Positions 14,947 through 28,043 of a stretch of 64,000 nucleotides of DNA are shown one piece after another. The translations under genes and the position numbers were made by a program. Each line of letters opens with the position of its first letter. Positions within the stretch are counted from its first letter, which is position 1. The DNA comes from the human T2T-CHM13v2.0 reference genome, Homo sapiens: assembly GCF_009914755.1 (NCBI RefSeq), contig NC_060928.1, one strand, 5' to 3'. Under the pieces are notes generated by a model that was given only the letters and a program-made list of their open reading frames with translations, was not told the DNA's origin and made no database searches.

Positions 14947-14975
<29 letters not shown>
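14662..14975 (+). mobile_element. AluS
   Basis: Full dimer with a ~29-nt pure A tail. Confidence 0.97.
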
Positions 14976-14978
<3 letters not shown>

Positions 14979-15964
14979 CAAACTGTGACTAGGGAGATGC
15001 TTAGTGATTCCTTCTGATGAAAGCTTTGGAGTAATTTAGGGTTTAAAAACGAGAAGCAGAGTAGAGGACGAGGCTTTTGATAACAATGCTGCAGGCTACA
15101 AATTGTACTTTTGCCTCTTTTGAGATATTAAAATAAAGACTAGAATTCCTTAATTGCTAAATAAGTGTTAGATTGGGATTGTTTGAATTTAAATCTATAG
15201 AGAGGCTGGATCCTAAGGTGCTAGAATTTTTATTAACAATACAGAAATTTTAAAATATAGATTTTTTCGAAATGGCAATGTTTACATTTCATTTTTTGCT
15301 GAACATATTTAAGTATAAAACAGCATTAAACATACCTCTTTTTCAAAAAAAATTTTGTTTCCAAAGTGAAAAGCAAACTGTGGAATGCTATTCTAAATAA
15401 AATAAGATAGCTGAAGGATAAAGGTAAATTTCTTTCTAAAAAAACAAATATGATGTGATTTGACTTGTGTTTATCAAGGTATTTTTACATCAGTGTAGAA
15501 AGCAATGGTATATACTAGAATTATGTAGAATTATTACAAGTTTGATGAATTGAAAACTGTTATGCAGTAAGGAACATGACTTACGTTTCATCTTCATTGT
15601 ACCACCCAGCACATATATGGTTGGAGAACTAAAATTAAAATCAACCAACAGCTTCAATTACCTATATTATTCTAGTTTTACTTACCATACCATTGTGTAT
15701 TTATATACTCACCTCACAGTCAAAGAGTTTTCTTCATATTATCACATTTTTCCCCCTAAAAATACTGCTGATGTCAGTAATGTCACAAAGACCTCAAAAG
15801 GTAAAAAACAAAACAAACAAAAAAAGTTTTCCCAGCTTATCTGATTTCTTCTTGAATTGTTTTCCATTAATGATTTTTCATTAACACATACTGACTCACA
15901 GATAATTGTATTATGAAATAATGTATGTGTCTACATGTATTTGATGTATATGTATTTGGGGGCA

Positions 15965-16130
15965 GACACTGTTATTTGCTCTTTATAATAACTTCTCTGA
16001 CTTTATAACAAAGTTTTGAGGAAAATAGTAGTGATATACTCATTTTAATGAATGGGGAAGCAGACATAGAAAGGTTAAAGCACTTGCCCAAGGTCACACA
16101 ATAAGAATTTCACACAGCTGTTATTTGAAA
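15965..16130 (-). mobile_element. MIR
   Basis: cattttaatgaatggggaagcaga...aggttaaagcacttgcccaaggtcacaca. Confidence 0.75.
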
Positions 16131-16246
16131 AATGATACGTCATCTCCAGGAAACTTGTTGCTACTTATTTTTCTCTGTTCACAGAAATGGAGCTGGCACC
16201 CCAATCTTGTAAGAACTAATGCCAGGCTTTCCCATATCAGCAAGGG

Positions 16247-16607
16247 TGTTATTAGTCCATTTTCACACTGCTGATAAAGACATACCAGAGACTGGGTAAT
16301 TTATAAAGCAAAAGAGGTTAAATGGACTCACAGTTTCACATGGCTGGGGAGGCCTCACAATCATGGTGGAAGGTGAAAGGCATGTCTTACATGGTGGCAG
16401 GCAAGAGAGAATGAGGACCAAGTGAAAGGGGTTTGCCCTTATGAACCCATCAGATCTCGTGAGATGTATTTACTATCAAGAGAACAGTATGGGGTAACCC
16501 ATCCCCATGATTCAAATATCTCCCACCAGGTCCCTCCCACACAATGGGAATTATGGGAGCTACAGTGAAAGATAAGATTTGAGTGGGGACACAGTCAAAC
16601 TATATCA
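16247..16607 (-). mobile_element. THE1(B-like) solo LTR
   Basis: attagtccattttcacactgctgataaagacatacc...ggggacacagtcaaactatatca. Confidence 0.93.
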
Positions 16608-16719
16608 CAAGACCAAGCATATGACATCAACTAATGAACCAGATGTGTGAATAAAAATGTTAGAAAGACAGAATGAAATGTGAGGACTCTTGGAAACTGG
16701 AGGCCAGTACCTCTTGGGA

Positions 16720-16918
16720 AGCCAGTGGCCAATACACCTGGCAGGATGCAGGTCCACTTTTACTATACTTGTCACTTTTTAAAGAGATGTCAGAGTTTCT
16801 AATTTTAAGTGAATTTTACCAGTTTTCAAATATTGGCTCAAAATAATTCTGGGACCAGGTGAAACACCTCCCCTTTAGGCTAAATCCAGTTCCCAGACCA
16901 ATGGCTTTTAGCCTCCGC
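16720..16918 (+). mobile_element. MER102-like hAT fragment
   Basis: ttttcaaatattggc...gaaacacc...ggctaaatccag; resembles the 3' half of the element at 42399. Confidence 0.45.
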
Positions 16919-16964
16919 AGGCCATTCTGCACTTTGCAAAACTGAAATAATATGGGCAGAAAAA

Positions 16965-17115
16965 AAAGACTCAGGCTTAAATTCTGGCTCAGGTTTACTA
17001 ACCTCTGAACCTCAGCTTTCTCATCTCAAGTTCAGAATCATGCCTGCCTCACTAGATTACTGTAGCCATTAAGTGAAATAACGCCTGTAACTCAATTAGC
17101 ACAGTGTCTCATACG
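16965..17115 (+). mobile_element. MIR
   Basis: aacctctgaacctcagctttctcatct...attaagtgaaataac. Confidence 0.75.
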
Positions 17116-18399
17116 AAACACATGCTTCCACCCATGTTCCTAGTTATATCATTTGTATTTCTACTCCGCATTACCTTCATTTTTATTATTCATCATTTAC
17201 CTAATTAGCTTAGAGTTAGGGTCAAGTATAGGATTACACTTAAGTAAGTTGCTTCCTAATCAATGCCATTCTTAGAGTCCAGATAAAATACAATTTCATT
17301 TTAACAGCATTTACCATGACTGATGCCAAAAAAACTTTTTTCCTTTGTGCTCTATTGTTTAAACTTAAGGTGCTAATCTCCATTAAAAGCTGATTCACTT
17401 TAGAGTCAATATTCTAAAGCCAAGTTTTAGACATTTATGTAAACCTCTCTTTGGCTAAGTTTGAGGTCTTTTCTGGGAAGAAAGTTTAGATAAGACAGAG
17501 GAGGAAGGGTCCATGAAACCACTGGGCATTGGAAAGAGGGTCAGCAGAGGGGGAAGTGGGCATTGAACAGGACTAAGCAACACATATCAATCTTCTCATC
17601 CTTTCTCAAAGCGTCCCTCTGTTGCCAGTTGTAGTAGCCAGAGCCTGATCGGGACACAGAAAGCACAGCAGCATAGGAAAGGGGGAGGGAATTGTGACAC
17701 AGCAATGGAAGACCTCAGAAGCCGGACAGGGGTCTATGTAGCTACTGACACATTAGCAATAGCAGTAGGAAACCCTTACTCTCCTGAGCCAAAGGACAGA
17801 GAGAGGTGGCAGTAGTTCCAGGATCCAGGCACAAGGGTCACCTGGAGGAAATTAAAACCAGGTGGGCCTGCCGGACAGCACCTGAGCTGCAGAGGAAATG
17901 CAGCTGGGGCCTGAGAGGATACTTTGGGCAATAGAGAGGGAGGGAAAGAGAAATGCTCAGACTTCTCCCATTCTTCTCTCGCCAGTCTGCTGCCAGGGCC
18001 ACGTGTTGGTCAAAACCAGAAGCCTGATGAGATAAGAGTCTTATACATCCAGCCTCAGGTATCAGAGCAGGACTCGCCCTTTGATTGAGCCAAGAGCAAA
18101 TGAAAAACCAAATATGGATCTGAGGATGAACAAGCTAAGGGGAAACGCACCAGTAAATTAAATATACTGTGCTCGCCGGCTACGCAGTTCATGATGTTCC
18201 CTTAGTTTCTTTTCTAAAATAGGTAACTATCACCTTTTTTATTATTACAGCTTGCTAGTGTGGGCTTCCAAAATAACTGCATTTAAGGAAGAATTGCAAT
18301 GGCACAAGTAATGGCCTAAACATTGGCATCAGAGAAACGTGGCTCATTCAAACCTCTGATACATACCAGTGAGATGATGTTTGAATGATTTACCTGTTT

Positions 18400-18535
18400 T
18401 TTTTGAACTTCAGTTTCTTCTTTTATTAACATGGAATAATGATTCCTGCCTTGGTAGTTGAATGAGGAGTAAATAAAAAAATACCTGCAGAGCAGTCTGC
18501 ATAGTTTCAGGCCCAGAATAGGGAACTGTAAATGC
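18400..18535 (+). mobile_element. MIR
   Basis: gaacttcagtttcttc...atggaataatgattcctgcc. Confidence 0.65.
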
Positions 18536-19294
18536 TCTGTCGTTTTGCTTTTCCTGTAAGAAGTCATTTTACATTCTCTTTCATTTGAAAGATTAATTTT
18601 CAATCGCCATCTTCACTATTTCCAACAGTGAGAAGTTCCTGTTCTGATAGAGAGAAAAATCTCAAACACTACAATGTCCCAGATGCCCTTTCCCATGGTC
18701 TCCTGAGCAGACGCCCATCACATGTCTTCAAAATGTCTTATTACTGTTCTTTCTGTCATTTATACCCTCAGCCACTTCAAGTGTCTTTCCTACTGCCGTT
18801 TACATTATCTTATCACTTAGCTGTCTTGCTTCCCCTTAGTGAAACAATTTTCACAGAAAGCACTAAACTTTTTTCCTGGCGTTTTCTAATGACAGCATCA
18901 GTAAAACATGTGGCATGTTGCTGGGAAAGAACGGAGAAGCAAGGCATCAGCACGCGCATCTCTTCCTTCTAGAGAAAAGACCACGAATGGATATATTACA
19001 AAGGAGAGATATGTTTATAAACAAAACAGCAAGCCAAAATGTGTTGCCTTCACCCTCTAGATTCATTGACTAAGAAAATCTTCCTACAAGAAATATTCTT
19101 CTTGTAAAATTATGGAATGTGGAACCTCAGGCTCTTCTTATCTATGTCAGCCTGTCCATTTTCCAGGAGTGGATAGCATAAGAGGACATTTCTGGGGGTA
19201 AGCCAAGGGCTGATTTTTTCTTTTTCACAGGCAGCCTTTATTTCACACAAAAGATATCCAACTGAATGTGGAAAACAGACCTTTGCAAGTGTTT

Positions 19295-19296
19295 AT

Positions 19297-19348
<52 letters not shown>

Positions 19349-19712
19349 TTTACTTTAAGTCCTGGGATACATGTGCAGAACGTGCAGGTTTGTTACCTAG
19401 GTATACACATGCCATGGGGGTTTGCTGCACCTATCAACCCATCATCTAGGTTTAAGCCTCCTGATGCTCTCCCTCCCCTTTCCCCCCACCGCCTGACAGG
19501 CCCCAGTGTGTGATGTTTCCCTCCCTGTGTCCATGTGTTCTGATTGTTCAACTCCCATTTATAAGTGAGAACATGCGGTGTTTGGTTTTCTGTTCCTGTG
19601 TTAGTTTGCTGAGAATGATGTTTTCCAGCTTCATCCATGTCTCTGCAAAGGACATGAACTCATCCTTTTTTACGGCTGCATAGTATTCCATGGTGTATAT
19701 GTGCACCATTTT
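19295..19712 (-). mobile_element. L1PA7/8-like 3' end with (TTA)n tail
   Basis: (TTA)n tract, then tactttaagtcctgggatacatgtgcagaacg...tggtgtatatgtgcaccatttt. Confidence 0.95.
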
Positions 19713-20059
19713 TTCTATATCTTTATGTTGTACTTTTATTTGCTGGTTTTTGAACTATCTGTGTTTGTTTTGTTTTGTTTTCTCAGAGGTCTCTTGCGTG
19801 TTTTTCTTGTCACTTCGAGATTAAATTTTTGAAATGGCTGCTTGCAGAACCCATTCTCAGTGGTTTAATTGAGCATAGACAGCCCAACAAAGACCAGACA
19901 AAGAGATGCCTTCAGGGGCTCTAAATTGCGTGGTCTTTGCCTACCAGTTTGACATCACCCCCATCAATTATCCCTAAGTATAACACCACAGACACACAGA
20001 TTTAATTATTTATTTTCCTCATACAATTCAAACTTTCTTCAAACTTCAGATTTTTGTAT

Positions 20060-20426
20060 GTGTGATTCCCTCTGCCAGGAATACATTTCCCATATAGATT
20101 TCTATGCTGCTCCACCTTGCCATCAGTTTTCATGAGAATATCACCTCCTCAGAGAAACCATCTCTACACACACAATCTAAAGTAACCCCTTCACACCACT
20201 TACACCTAACCCAATACTGTGGTTACATCATCTTTAGATCAACCTTCTGGGGTTTCTTTGTTCAGAGCCAATCATTCTTTGTTTATTTATTTGTGTGTTC
20301 AGAGCCAACCTCCACTCACTAGAATATAAGTCCCTGAAAGCAAAGATAATGTCTGTATTGTTTCACACCTGGTGCACCTGGTACAAAGCACATGCTCATT
20401 AAATGATTGAAGAATAAATGAATGAT
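20060..20426 (+). mobile_element. L2 3' end
   Basis: tcacctcctcagagaaacc...ctagaatataag...aataaatgaatga. Confidence 0.7.
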
Positions 20427-20488
20427 TAACTACCTCAGAAGCCAGAAGCTCAGAAGCCAGACAGGGGTCTTCTGACCTACTGAGACAT

Positions 20489-20743
20489 GATACCACCTCA
20501 CGCCAGTTAGAATGACAATCATTAAAACGTCAGGAAACAACAGATGCTAGAGAGGATGTGGAGAAACAGGAAAGCTTTTACACTATTGGTGGGAGTGTAA
20601 ATTAGTTCAATGTGGAGATTCCTCAAGGATCTAGAACCAGAAATACCATTTGACCTAGCAATCCCATTACTGGGTATACACCCAAAGTATTATAAATCAT
20701 TCTACTATAGAGACACATGCACATGTATGTTTATTGCAGCACT
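20489..20743 (+). mobile_element. Internal L1PA7/8-like ORF2 C-terminal fragment, no poly(A)
   Basis: gataccacctcacgccagttagaatg...atgtttattgcagcact, with a small internal deletion. Confidence 0.93.
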
Positions 20744-21929
20744 TGATGCCATCTGTAGGCAGTAAATGTGAGCTCCTGGAGGCTGGTTACTGGCTCTTGT
20801 TCACTATTTGTCCCCAGTGCCGATCCCAGAACAAATAACAACTGCGTATCTACTATGGGTCAGGCACTAGGCAGGGTGAGGGTGATGCACAATTCAGCCA
20901 CTGAGATAGAAACCTTGCCTTAGTGGAACTTGCACTGCTTAGGAGGCAGCAGGGAACTAAACAAATAATTACATAACCCTATGATAAGTACCCCATTATA
21001 GAAAGTACAGAGTCTTTCAAGATGTTACAATAGGAGAAGTTGATAGCCTAGGGATCACTAGGGGCTTGCAGAGGATTGAATAAAGGGAGGATGGAAAAGA
21101 GAAAGGGATGAAGGGATACAGAGGAAAGGACAAAAGAAGGCAAACCTTCTGCATGTAATTACTGCAAGCATCTTTTTTTTTAATCTGGTTTTTTATTTTA
21201 TAGCTTTTGTATGTAAGTGAACTGGACCTTTGTTACGGCCTGTCTGTAATTGCAGAATTTCTACTATGAGAAGCATGCCCTTAAGGCCAGCGTTCCCCTG
21301 TGCACAAGAACCGGGTCCAGGTTTCCAGCAGAAACACTCAAATATACCAAGAGCAAAGCCTTCTGTCCAGAGCATATCATTTTATTCTCAAATGCCCCTG
21401 TGAAATAATAATCAATATCCAATTCGTAGATGGGGAATGTGAGGCTTTTGCTAGTTAAATTCCTTCCCATAGTCTCAGAAGTTTACTTATAGAGCTAGAA
21501 CCTATAGCAGACTTCCTAGACTACTCTTCATTCCCTATGTTTCAGTGGCTTCTTGCCCCCAGTGCCTCAATAAATAGTCTGACTGTTATAAACAAGAATT
21601 CCCAAACTCTTGGCATTACCAGGGACCTCAGAGAGCATTCTAATAAGACAAAAATCTCAAGATAAGCAATTTTGCAAAAATGACATGACCAGGTAGAAGG
21701 CTCAATTCTTTTTTATACTAGCACATTTTATTGGTGTGAGTACAAAAGTAAGAATTGCCTCTCGGCAGAGTAGTAGATGTCTATGAGAAATAATTACTGG
21801 GAAGGGGAGACCTCTCTGTTCCCAATGTACCCTAACTCTCCTCTGCCTTTACCATTGAATTGAACCACTGTTGAGGCTACTGATCCCTCTTAAAATGATT
21901 GGGAGGCTCCTTTGATCTCTTACTAATAG

Positions 21930-22150
21930 TAACCAGCATTTCTTGGAAACACAGGTGAGCTGGGACCTGCTCACCGCACTTCATATACTGCTGCTTATTT
22001 TATCCTCTCAGCAATCCTATGTGGTCAGTCCTAGTATCATGCTCATTTCACTGGGAAGGGGACTGCTGCCTTATGAACATTACTTATTAAAATTTGTTGG
22101 CTAAGTGGCAAAGTATGGGTTCAAACTCAGGTCCTTCTGAATGCAAAACC
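21930..22150 (-). mobile_element. MIR
   Basis: ttatcctctcagcaatcctatgtgg...ctaagtggcaaagtatgggttcaaactcaggtc. Confidence 0.7.
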
Positions 22151-22820
22151 CACAAGCTGACCTCCTAGAGTTTGCTGGGCCCCTGCTGTTATAAATGTAC
22201 ACCTGGCTGGATTTCAGAGCAGTTGCAAACAGTGATCTGGGAGGTGGAAAAGGCCTGAGCACCCAGGTGAGGGGCAGAAGATGGAGCACCACTAAATGGA
22301 GGAAAAGGCAAAGGACCCATGTTTCTCTAAGCACCCCAGGTAGTTAACACTTTTGCCAGAGGGATTCCCTAACCATTTTCAAAGACTTACTTCGGTTTTA
22401 TATCCATACACAATATTAAGTTCTGGGTTACACAAGATGTTATTTTATTGGGAAATGTTTTCCAAGTAATGGTCTCTAAGATATGATGATCGTCATTATT
22501 GTCACCAGTAACAATCAACATTTATGTAGGATTCTGCAAGACATGCAGTCTGCCCAGTGCCTTCTCTCACTGAGAGGGGGGTGCAGCTCATTTTGCGACT
22601 AAAAAGCAGAAGTTTAGAGAAGCTGAGTGACCATCCAGAGCATCATCTTTGAAGTCAGACTGATGTGGATTCAAATGGCAGCTGGCTATTCACTTTGGGC
22701 AGGAAACTCAATTTCTCTGAATGTCAGCTCTCTCAATGAAAAACAGACAACTGTGCAAGGTTATTGTGATGACTGAGTACTTGAGAAATGATCCATACAC
22801 AGAGGGTGCTGATTTAATCT

Positions 22821-22843
22821 TTCTCTCTCTCTCTCTCTCTCTT
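22821..22843. repeat. (CT)n microsatellite
   Basis: About 11 CT units. Confidence 0.9.
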
Positions 22844-25800
22844 TCTGTAGGCCCATACTCAGGGCAAATCTGGGCTTCAAACACAAATCTTTAAACTTAA
22901 AACCTACACTTTTACCACAATGCAATTCTTTCATTAAATCAAGCAGCTACTCAACATTTATTGGTATACAAAGCAAATGGTTTTGGGGTAGGAACATAAA
23001 AATGTGTCCTACTTTTTTGTTGCTTCTTCTTCCTGAATCTTGAATAGTTTCTCAAAGGGGTTCAGTTTGAGGGAACAATTCGTATCTACAAATTTGTCTT
23101 TTAAAAGGCATTCAGAGTTGCTTGAATCTTAGAGCTGACAGAGACCTCAACAAAATGGAAACATTATATTTTACAGATGGAAAACCTGAAATCCAGAAAG
23201 ATAGAGTGACTTTACTAGGTCTCAGTTCCATCTTTTAAAGTGCATAATTAAATTGTGTACAATTTCTTGGTTATTGTCACGTGTATTAAACTTTACATTT
23301 TTTCTTTTTCCTTCTTCTGGCATTATTTGTGAAATTCAACAGTGATAAATATGCTTTGGCTTCATTATACCTATACACATTAATGCATCTGAAGGAAACT
23401 TTATATTCAGGCCCTATTAGTGCACAATGTAAATTGGAAACAGACTCTAAATGGCCAGCTACTAAATTTTTAAATAACATGATAGGCCCTCTGGAAGCAG
23501 GCAGCTGCACTGACTTTCTTCCTAGGGTGAAGGAAAAAGAAACAACTACTAAGAAAAAAAAATGTACTGATTCCTGGTTTGGTGTTTCTCCATCACCAGA
23601 TTTATTGACCTGCAAGAAAAGTCAGTGGCTGTTTTGCCCCAGTAAGTATTAATTTCTAGGGTCAATAAATCCTGGTAATGAATGGAGAATGGGAGTCAAT
23701 GTGTGCTCATTAGATGTGTTCACAAAATGTGCCATGTGAAAATAAAACAATAATAATCAAACTTAACAATGTTCAAATATTATTTCTGACATTGTTTGTA
23801 ATCTTTTTTGTTTTCCTAAGTTTTTCTTTTGGAAGTGACTTTAGATGGGAAAAATAAATCACATTGGAAAGTTAAAGCTTCTCCCTACATAATGGTTGCC
23901 TCTGTCTTCCAATGGCCTTTACTTTAATGTCCCTTTGCTGTTCCCAGGATGGGGCTGGCATCCCTGTGGAAAGGAGATAATCACCCATTCTACAAATGGA
24001 TTCTGCTGCTCCCAGCTTTATAAGCTAATGGCTTCTCTGCTCTTCAATCAGAGTGGAGATGGCAAATGGCCACCAAAAATGAATAGCAATGAGCACATTT
24101 GGTAAATATTCCCATGCGAAGGTGTACGCACAAATCTTTTGTAAGCATCTATCTAGAAGGTATGTAGAAAACCTAGCAGAAAACAATAATTAAAAAAATA
24201 CTACCATTTGCTGAGACCCTACAGGTTCAAACACTCCAATGCAGGCACTACGCTAGACATTTTACATATGTTCTTTCTAACCTTTTAAAACAATTCAAGG
24301 TTTCTCCATTTTTCCAGTTGGGAAACTACAGCTAAGGAAGCTTAATAACTTCTGAGGGACTGCTATTCCATGGAATTCCAAAGCCCTGGTTGTCTCCACA
24401 TTATCCTGCTGCTTCTTTTATCACAAGAGCTCAAGTTGGGAGGGAGTGAAATTCTTAAAAGTGAAGCTGTGCTATCAGCTAAGTAATATTCAGTAAGAGC
24501 TATGTCACCATGGAATTTTTATGGATTTGTCTATTTTGAAGAGTTTGTCTTCCAAGTGAATTTTTAAATTAGTAAAATATCATATTGCTGATTATGAAAA
24601 AAGAAACTTTAATAGTTTTTTTTCTGTTTGTTATTTCGCTTTATTCTAAAATGAAAACCTACTTTGTAAACAAACAAGTTTACATTTCCTCCAAATCATT
24701 GAATAAAATGCCTGATGACCTTTCGGGATTGGGGGGGGGGGGGCAGAGATTAGAGAAAGGGAAAAAGAAACCATTTTTGCTATGACAGTAAGATTAATCT
24801 ATAGGAAAGGATGCACTTATAAAAACCCACATGCATTTTCAGACCAATCAGGATTATGTGAAATAAATATGGCAAGCATTTTCTGCTAAATTTTCAAAAT
24901 CATGTTCAAATAAGTGTCATGGGGGACGCTATTTCCTGAGGCCTGCCTTATCCACAATATGAAACAGGTTTTGCTCACACATTTCCAGAGTAACTGACAA
25001 AACTAATGAGCTCAGCCACATGAAATAAGTAAAAAGAAGCTGTATATGCGGTACACTAGATCATCTGAACCAGTGAGTAAATAAGCTCAGCCATCCAAAG
25101 TCCTGCACATCCTACTAACTGTTCTTCATCATCTGTGCACTAATTTTATTTCATGTGGTTCTAATGTAGGAATGGTGGGTGAGAAATATTTCTGTCTGAG
25201 GGTGTTCTGTCTTATGTTCTCATTTGTGAATTTAATCATTGCAAAAATGTGTATGAGAGAGGGAGAGAAAAAAAGAGAATGTCATGTGTGAAAGAAAGAA
25301 AATTAGGCATCAGATCACCAAACTGTTTTCTCAAGGAAGGAGGATAATACAAGGATTTGGGAAGATAATACATATGAATTCATTTACTCCTTTCTCGAAA
25401 GACAAATGTTGTTTCAGACACCCATAGCTGTATCTCAGCTTATTAACCTAAGAAGAGTACATTGATGCTAGATTCCAATTCTTCAATTGTCCTGAGAAAG
25501 GGGAAGGTATCCAGGACAGGTCACCCTGCCCATATGACCCATTCAGGTCTGGGCTCCTAAGGTTGCTGTTTCCTTACAAGTTCCTGGGTGGCCTTCTGAG
25601 TGTCTCCAAGTAGATCATGTTGCTGTAATTCAGTCCTTTACTGTTTATGCTTTGGACAAACTCCCAGTTTCAATAATATAGTGAGAAAAATGCTACAACT
25701 TGTAGGCATGAGTGCTTGAATTCCTAACCTGTGGCAACCACGTTTTGATCCACGTTACTTTAACCTAGATGCTCGTTCATATTCAATTAGCTTCTCTGCA

Positions 25801-27259
25801 TATATTTATCCATGTATCTAACTAGGGAGGTGCGTGAAGCTGAATACACACACATGGAAGGTTTTTCATTGATCTGGTATTTACATGTATAGAAATACAC
25901 ACTGATTAGTATCAGAATGCTGTAAAGCACAAACATATGCACATAATTACTAGACTCCCTTTCTTTGATTGCAGAAAATAATATCATTCCTTTTGGGCTG
26001 CTTCCTTACCAGCTGCTACATCCTTTCCAATGGCCAGCTCTAAGATTTAATGTCTAACCTTGGACTCTGTTATCTATCCCTTGACCTGTTTCAGAATTTA
26101 TATTTTAATTTCTCATGATCTTCTTGCTATATGTTACTGTTCTTTATTTCATTAAAAGCCAGAAATCATCCAGCCTTACCAATGTGTTATATTTCTGAAA
26201 TCTACGTATGAGTTTAAGAGAAAATACTAAGAATTCCTTCCATTTCTCTGTTTAGTTTATTTCCTCATGGAGCAACAACAAAAAAGAATTGGCTGAAAAT
26301 TAGTCTGACCTCACCTGATTCATCTTCTTTTGTGTTTGTTTAGTGAAAGTTTACCAAGTTTTAGCAATTTTAATACAACAAATAAGGAGAAAATTCCTCA
26401 TAGTAGCCACAACCTAAAATGGTTTCTGCTTTCTGACTGATACACTATTTAGTAAACCTAAACTTCTTTTTTCTCAAGATATCACTTTTTATTTAGCAAG
26501 TGTATGTAGATAACATATTAAAATAAGCCAGGCTCTAGAATGTGTTATGAATAACATAGCAGCACATATGTGAATTGAATGCACACAGGGACGTCTCTTC
26601 ATACTTATTTTTGTTGTTGTTATTGTTAAATGTACTAGACCAAAAAGATGGTACTAATCATAAAGATACAACTAAATGTGGGTTAATTTAACAGTTCTAG
26701 CTATTACTAAGCTTTTGAGTTGGACTTTTTTTTTTCCTGAGGAGTTGGAATAGATTAGCCAAATTGAAACTATTGAATATTTCTTAAAGTCTTATAAAAT
26801 GGATAAAGTCAACTGTTGACTTGATCAAATAACCTCAATGCACTCAGTCATGTGAAAAAGCAGCATGACCCATTATCAGTGCCCAGTGTTCTGTGCCCAT
26901 GCCCACAGAAATACTCCAATGCTCCTACCCAAAGTGGCCTTCCATGTGCTACCATCTACCTTGTCTTACCCAACTCTTAGTTTTTTCTTATTTTTCACTT
27001 CCATGTTGTATTGTTGTCATTCTTCCAACTGAAATGAGTGAAAAATTGGTATGGTGATGGAGTAAAAGAAATGTTAAAGAAAACCCTGCAGTCCAATATA
27101 AGTTCAACCAGAGACTTTGGACAAAGCTTTTAATCTCTAAAGTCTGACTCTCCCTATTAATAAGAAGAGAATATTCATTTACTGAATAGTATTTCTGAAG
27201 AAATAACAAGTTGTTTTTTCTATAACCCATCAGAACTATATTCATTGTAAATTAGAAAG

Positions 27260-28043
27260 TGTCGTGGGTTGAACCATGTTTCCTCAAAATTAATATATTG
27301 AAATTCTAACCCCAAGAGGCTCAGAGATAACTGTATGGAGATAGGGTCCTTAAAGAGGCAGTTAAGATAAAATGAGGTCATGCGGTGTTTGGTTTTCTGT
27401 CCTTGTGATAGTTTGCTGAGAATGATGGTTTCCAGCTTCATCCATGTCCCTACAAAGGACATGAACTCATCATTTTTTATGGCTGCATAGTATTCCATGG
27501 TGTATATGTGCCACATTTTGGGAATTGAACAATGAGAACACTGGGACACAGGAAGGGGAACATCACACACCAGGGCCTGTTGTGGGGTCGGGGGAGGGGT
27601 GCGGGATAGCATTAGGAGATATAGCTAATGTAAATGATGAGTTAATGGGTGCAGCACACCAACATGGCACATGTATACATATGTAACAAACCTGCACGTT
27701 GTGCGCATGTACCCTAGAACTTAAAGTATAATAAAATATATATATATATATATATAAAAGATAAAATGAGGTCATATGTGTGGACCTGCATTCAGTACAA
27801 CTGATGTTCTTATAAGACAGGAGATTAAGACACAGATGAACACAGAGAGAATATGATGTAAAAACACAGTAAAAAGATGGATGCATGCAAGCCAAGGAGA
27901 GAGGACTGGGAAAAAAAATCAAACTTGCCAATACCTCGATCTTGGACATTTATATATAATCCAGAACCATGAGAAAATAAATTTATATTGTTTAAGCCAT
28001 CCAACCTATGGCATTTTTTATGGCAGCCCTAGCAAACTAATAC
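27260..28043 (+). mobile_element. MLT1B-like MaLR LTR interrupted by an L1
   Basis: tgtcgtgggttgaa...ggagatagggtcctt...[L1]...ggcagccctagcaaactaatac. Confidence 0.88.
27382..27757 (+). mobile_element. Short 5'-inverted (twin-primed) L1PA
   Basis: Antisense piece 27382-27519, sense 3'UTR 27520-27757; perfect 18-bp TSD AAGATAAAATGAGGTCAT at 27364-27381 and 27758-27775. Confidence 0.96.

Noticed and set aside
17620-18110. Purine/GC-richer stretch as a possible exon or promoter
   Set aside because: No CpG island, ORF or splice support. Probably an old ERVL-type LTR that I could not assign confidently.
19268-19513. Poly-Ile ORF as a membrane peptide
   Set aside because: Translation of the (TTA)n L1 tail.
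23286-23652. Overlapping 107 and 109 aa ORFs on opposite strands
   Set aside because: No recognisable protein family, the + ORF starts at a non-ATG codon, and there is no supporting exon structure.
26806-26822. Palindrome aagtcaac-t-gttgactt
   Set aside because: 8-bp arms are expected by chance in 64 kb of AT-rich DNA.
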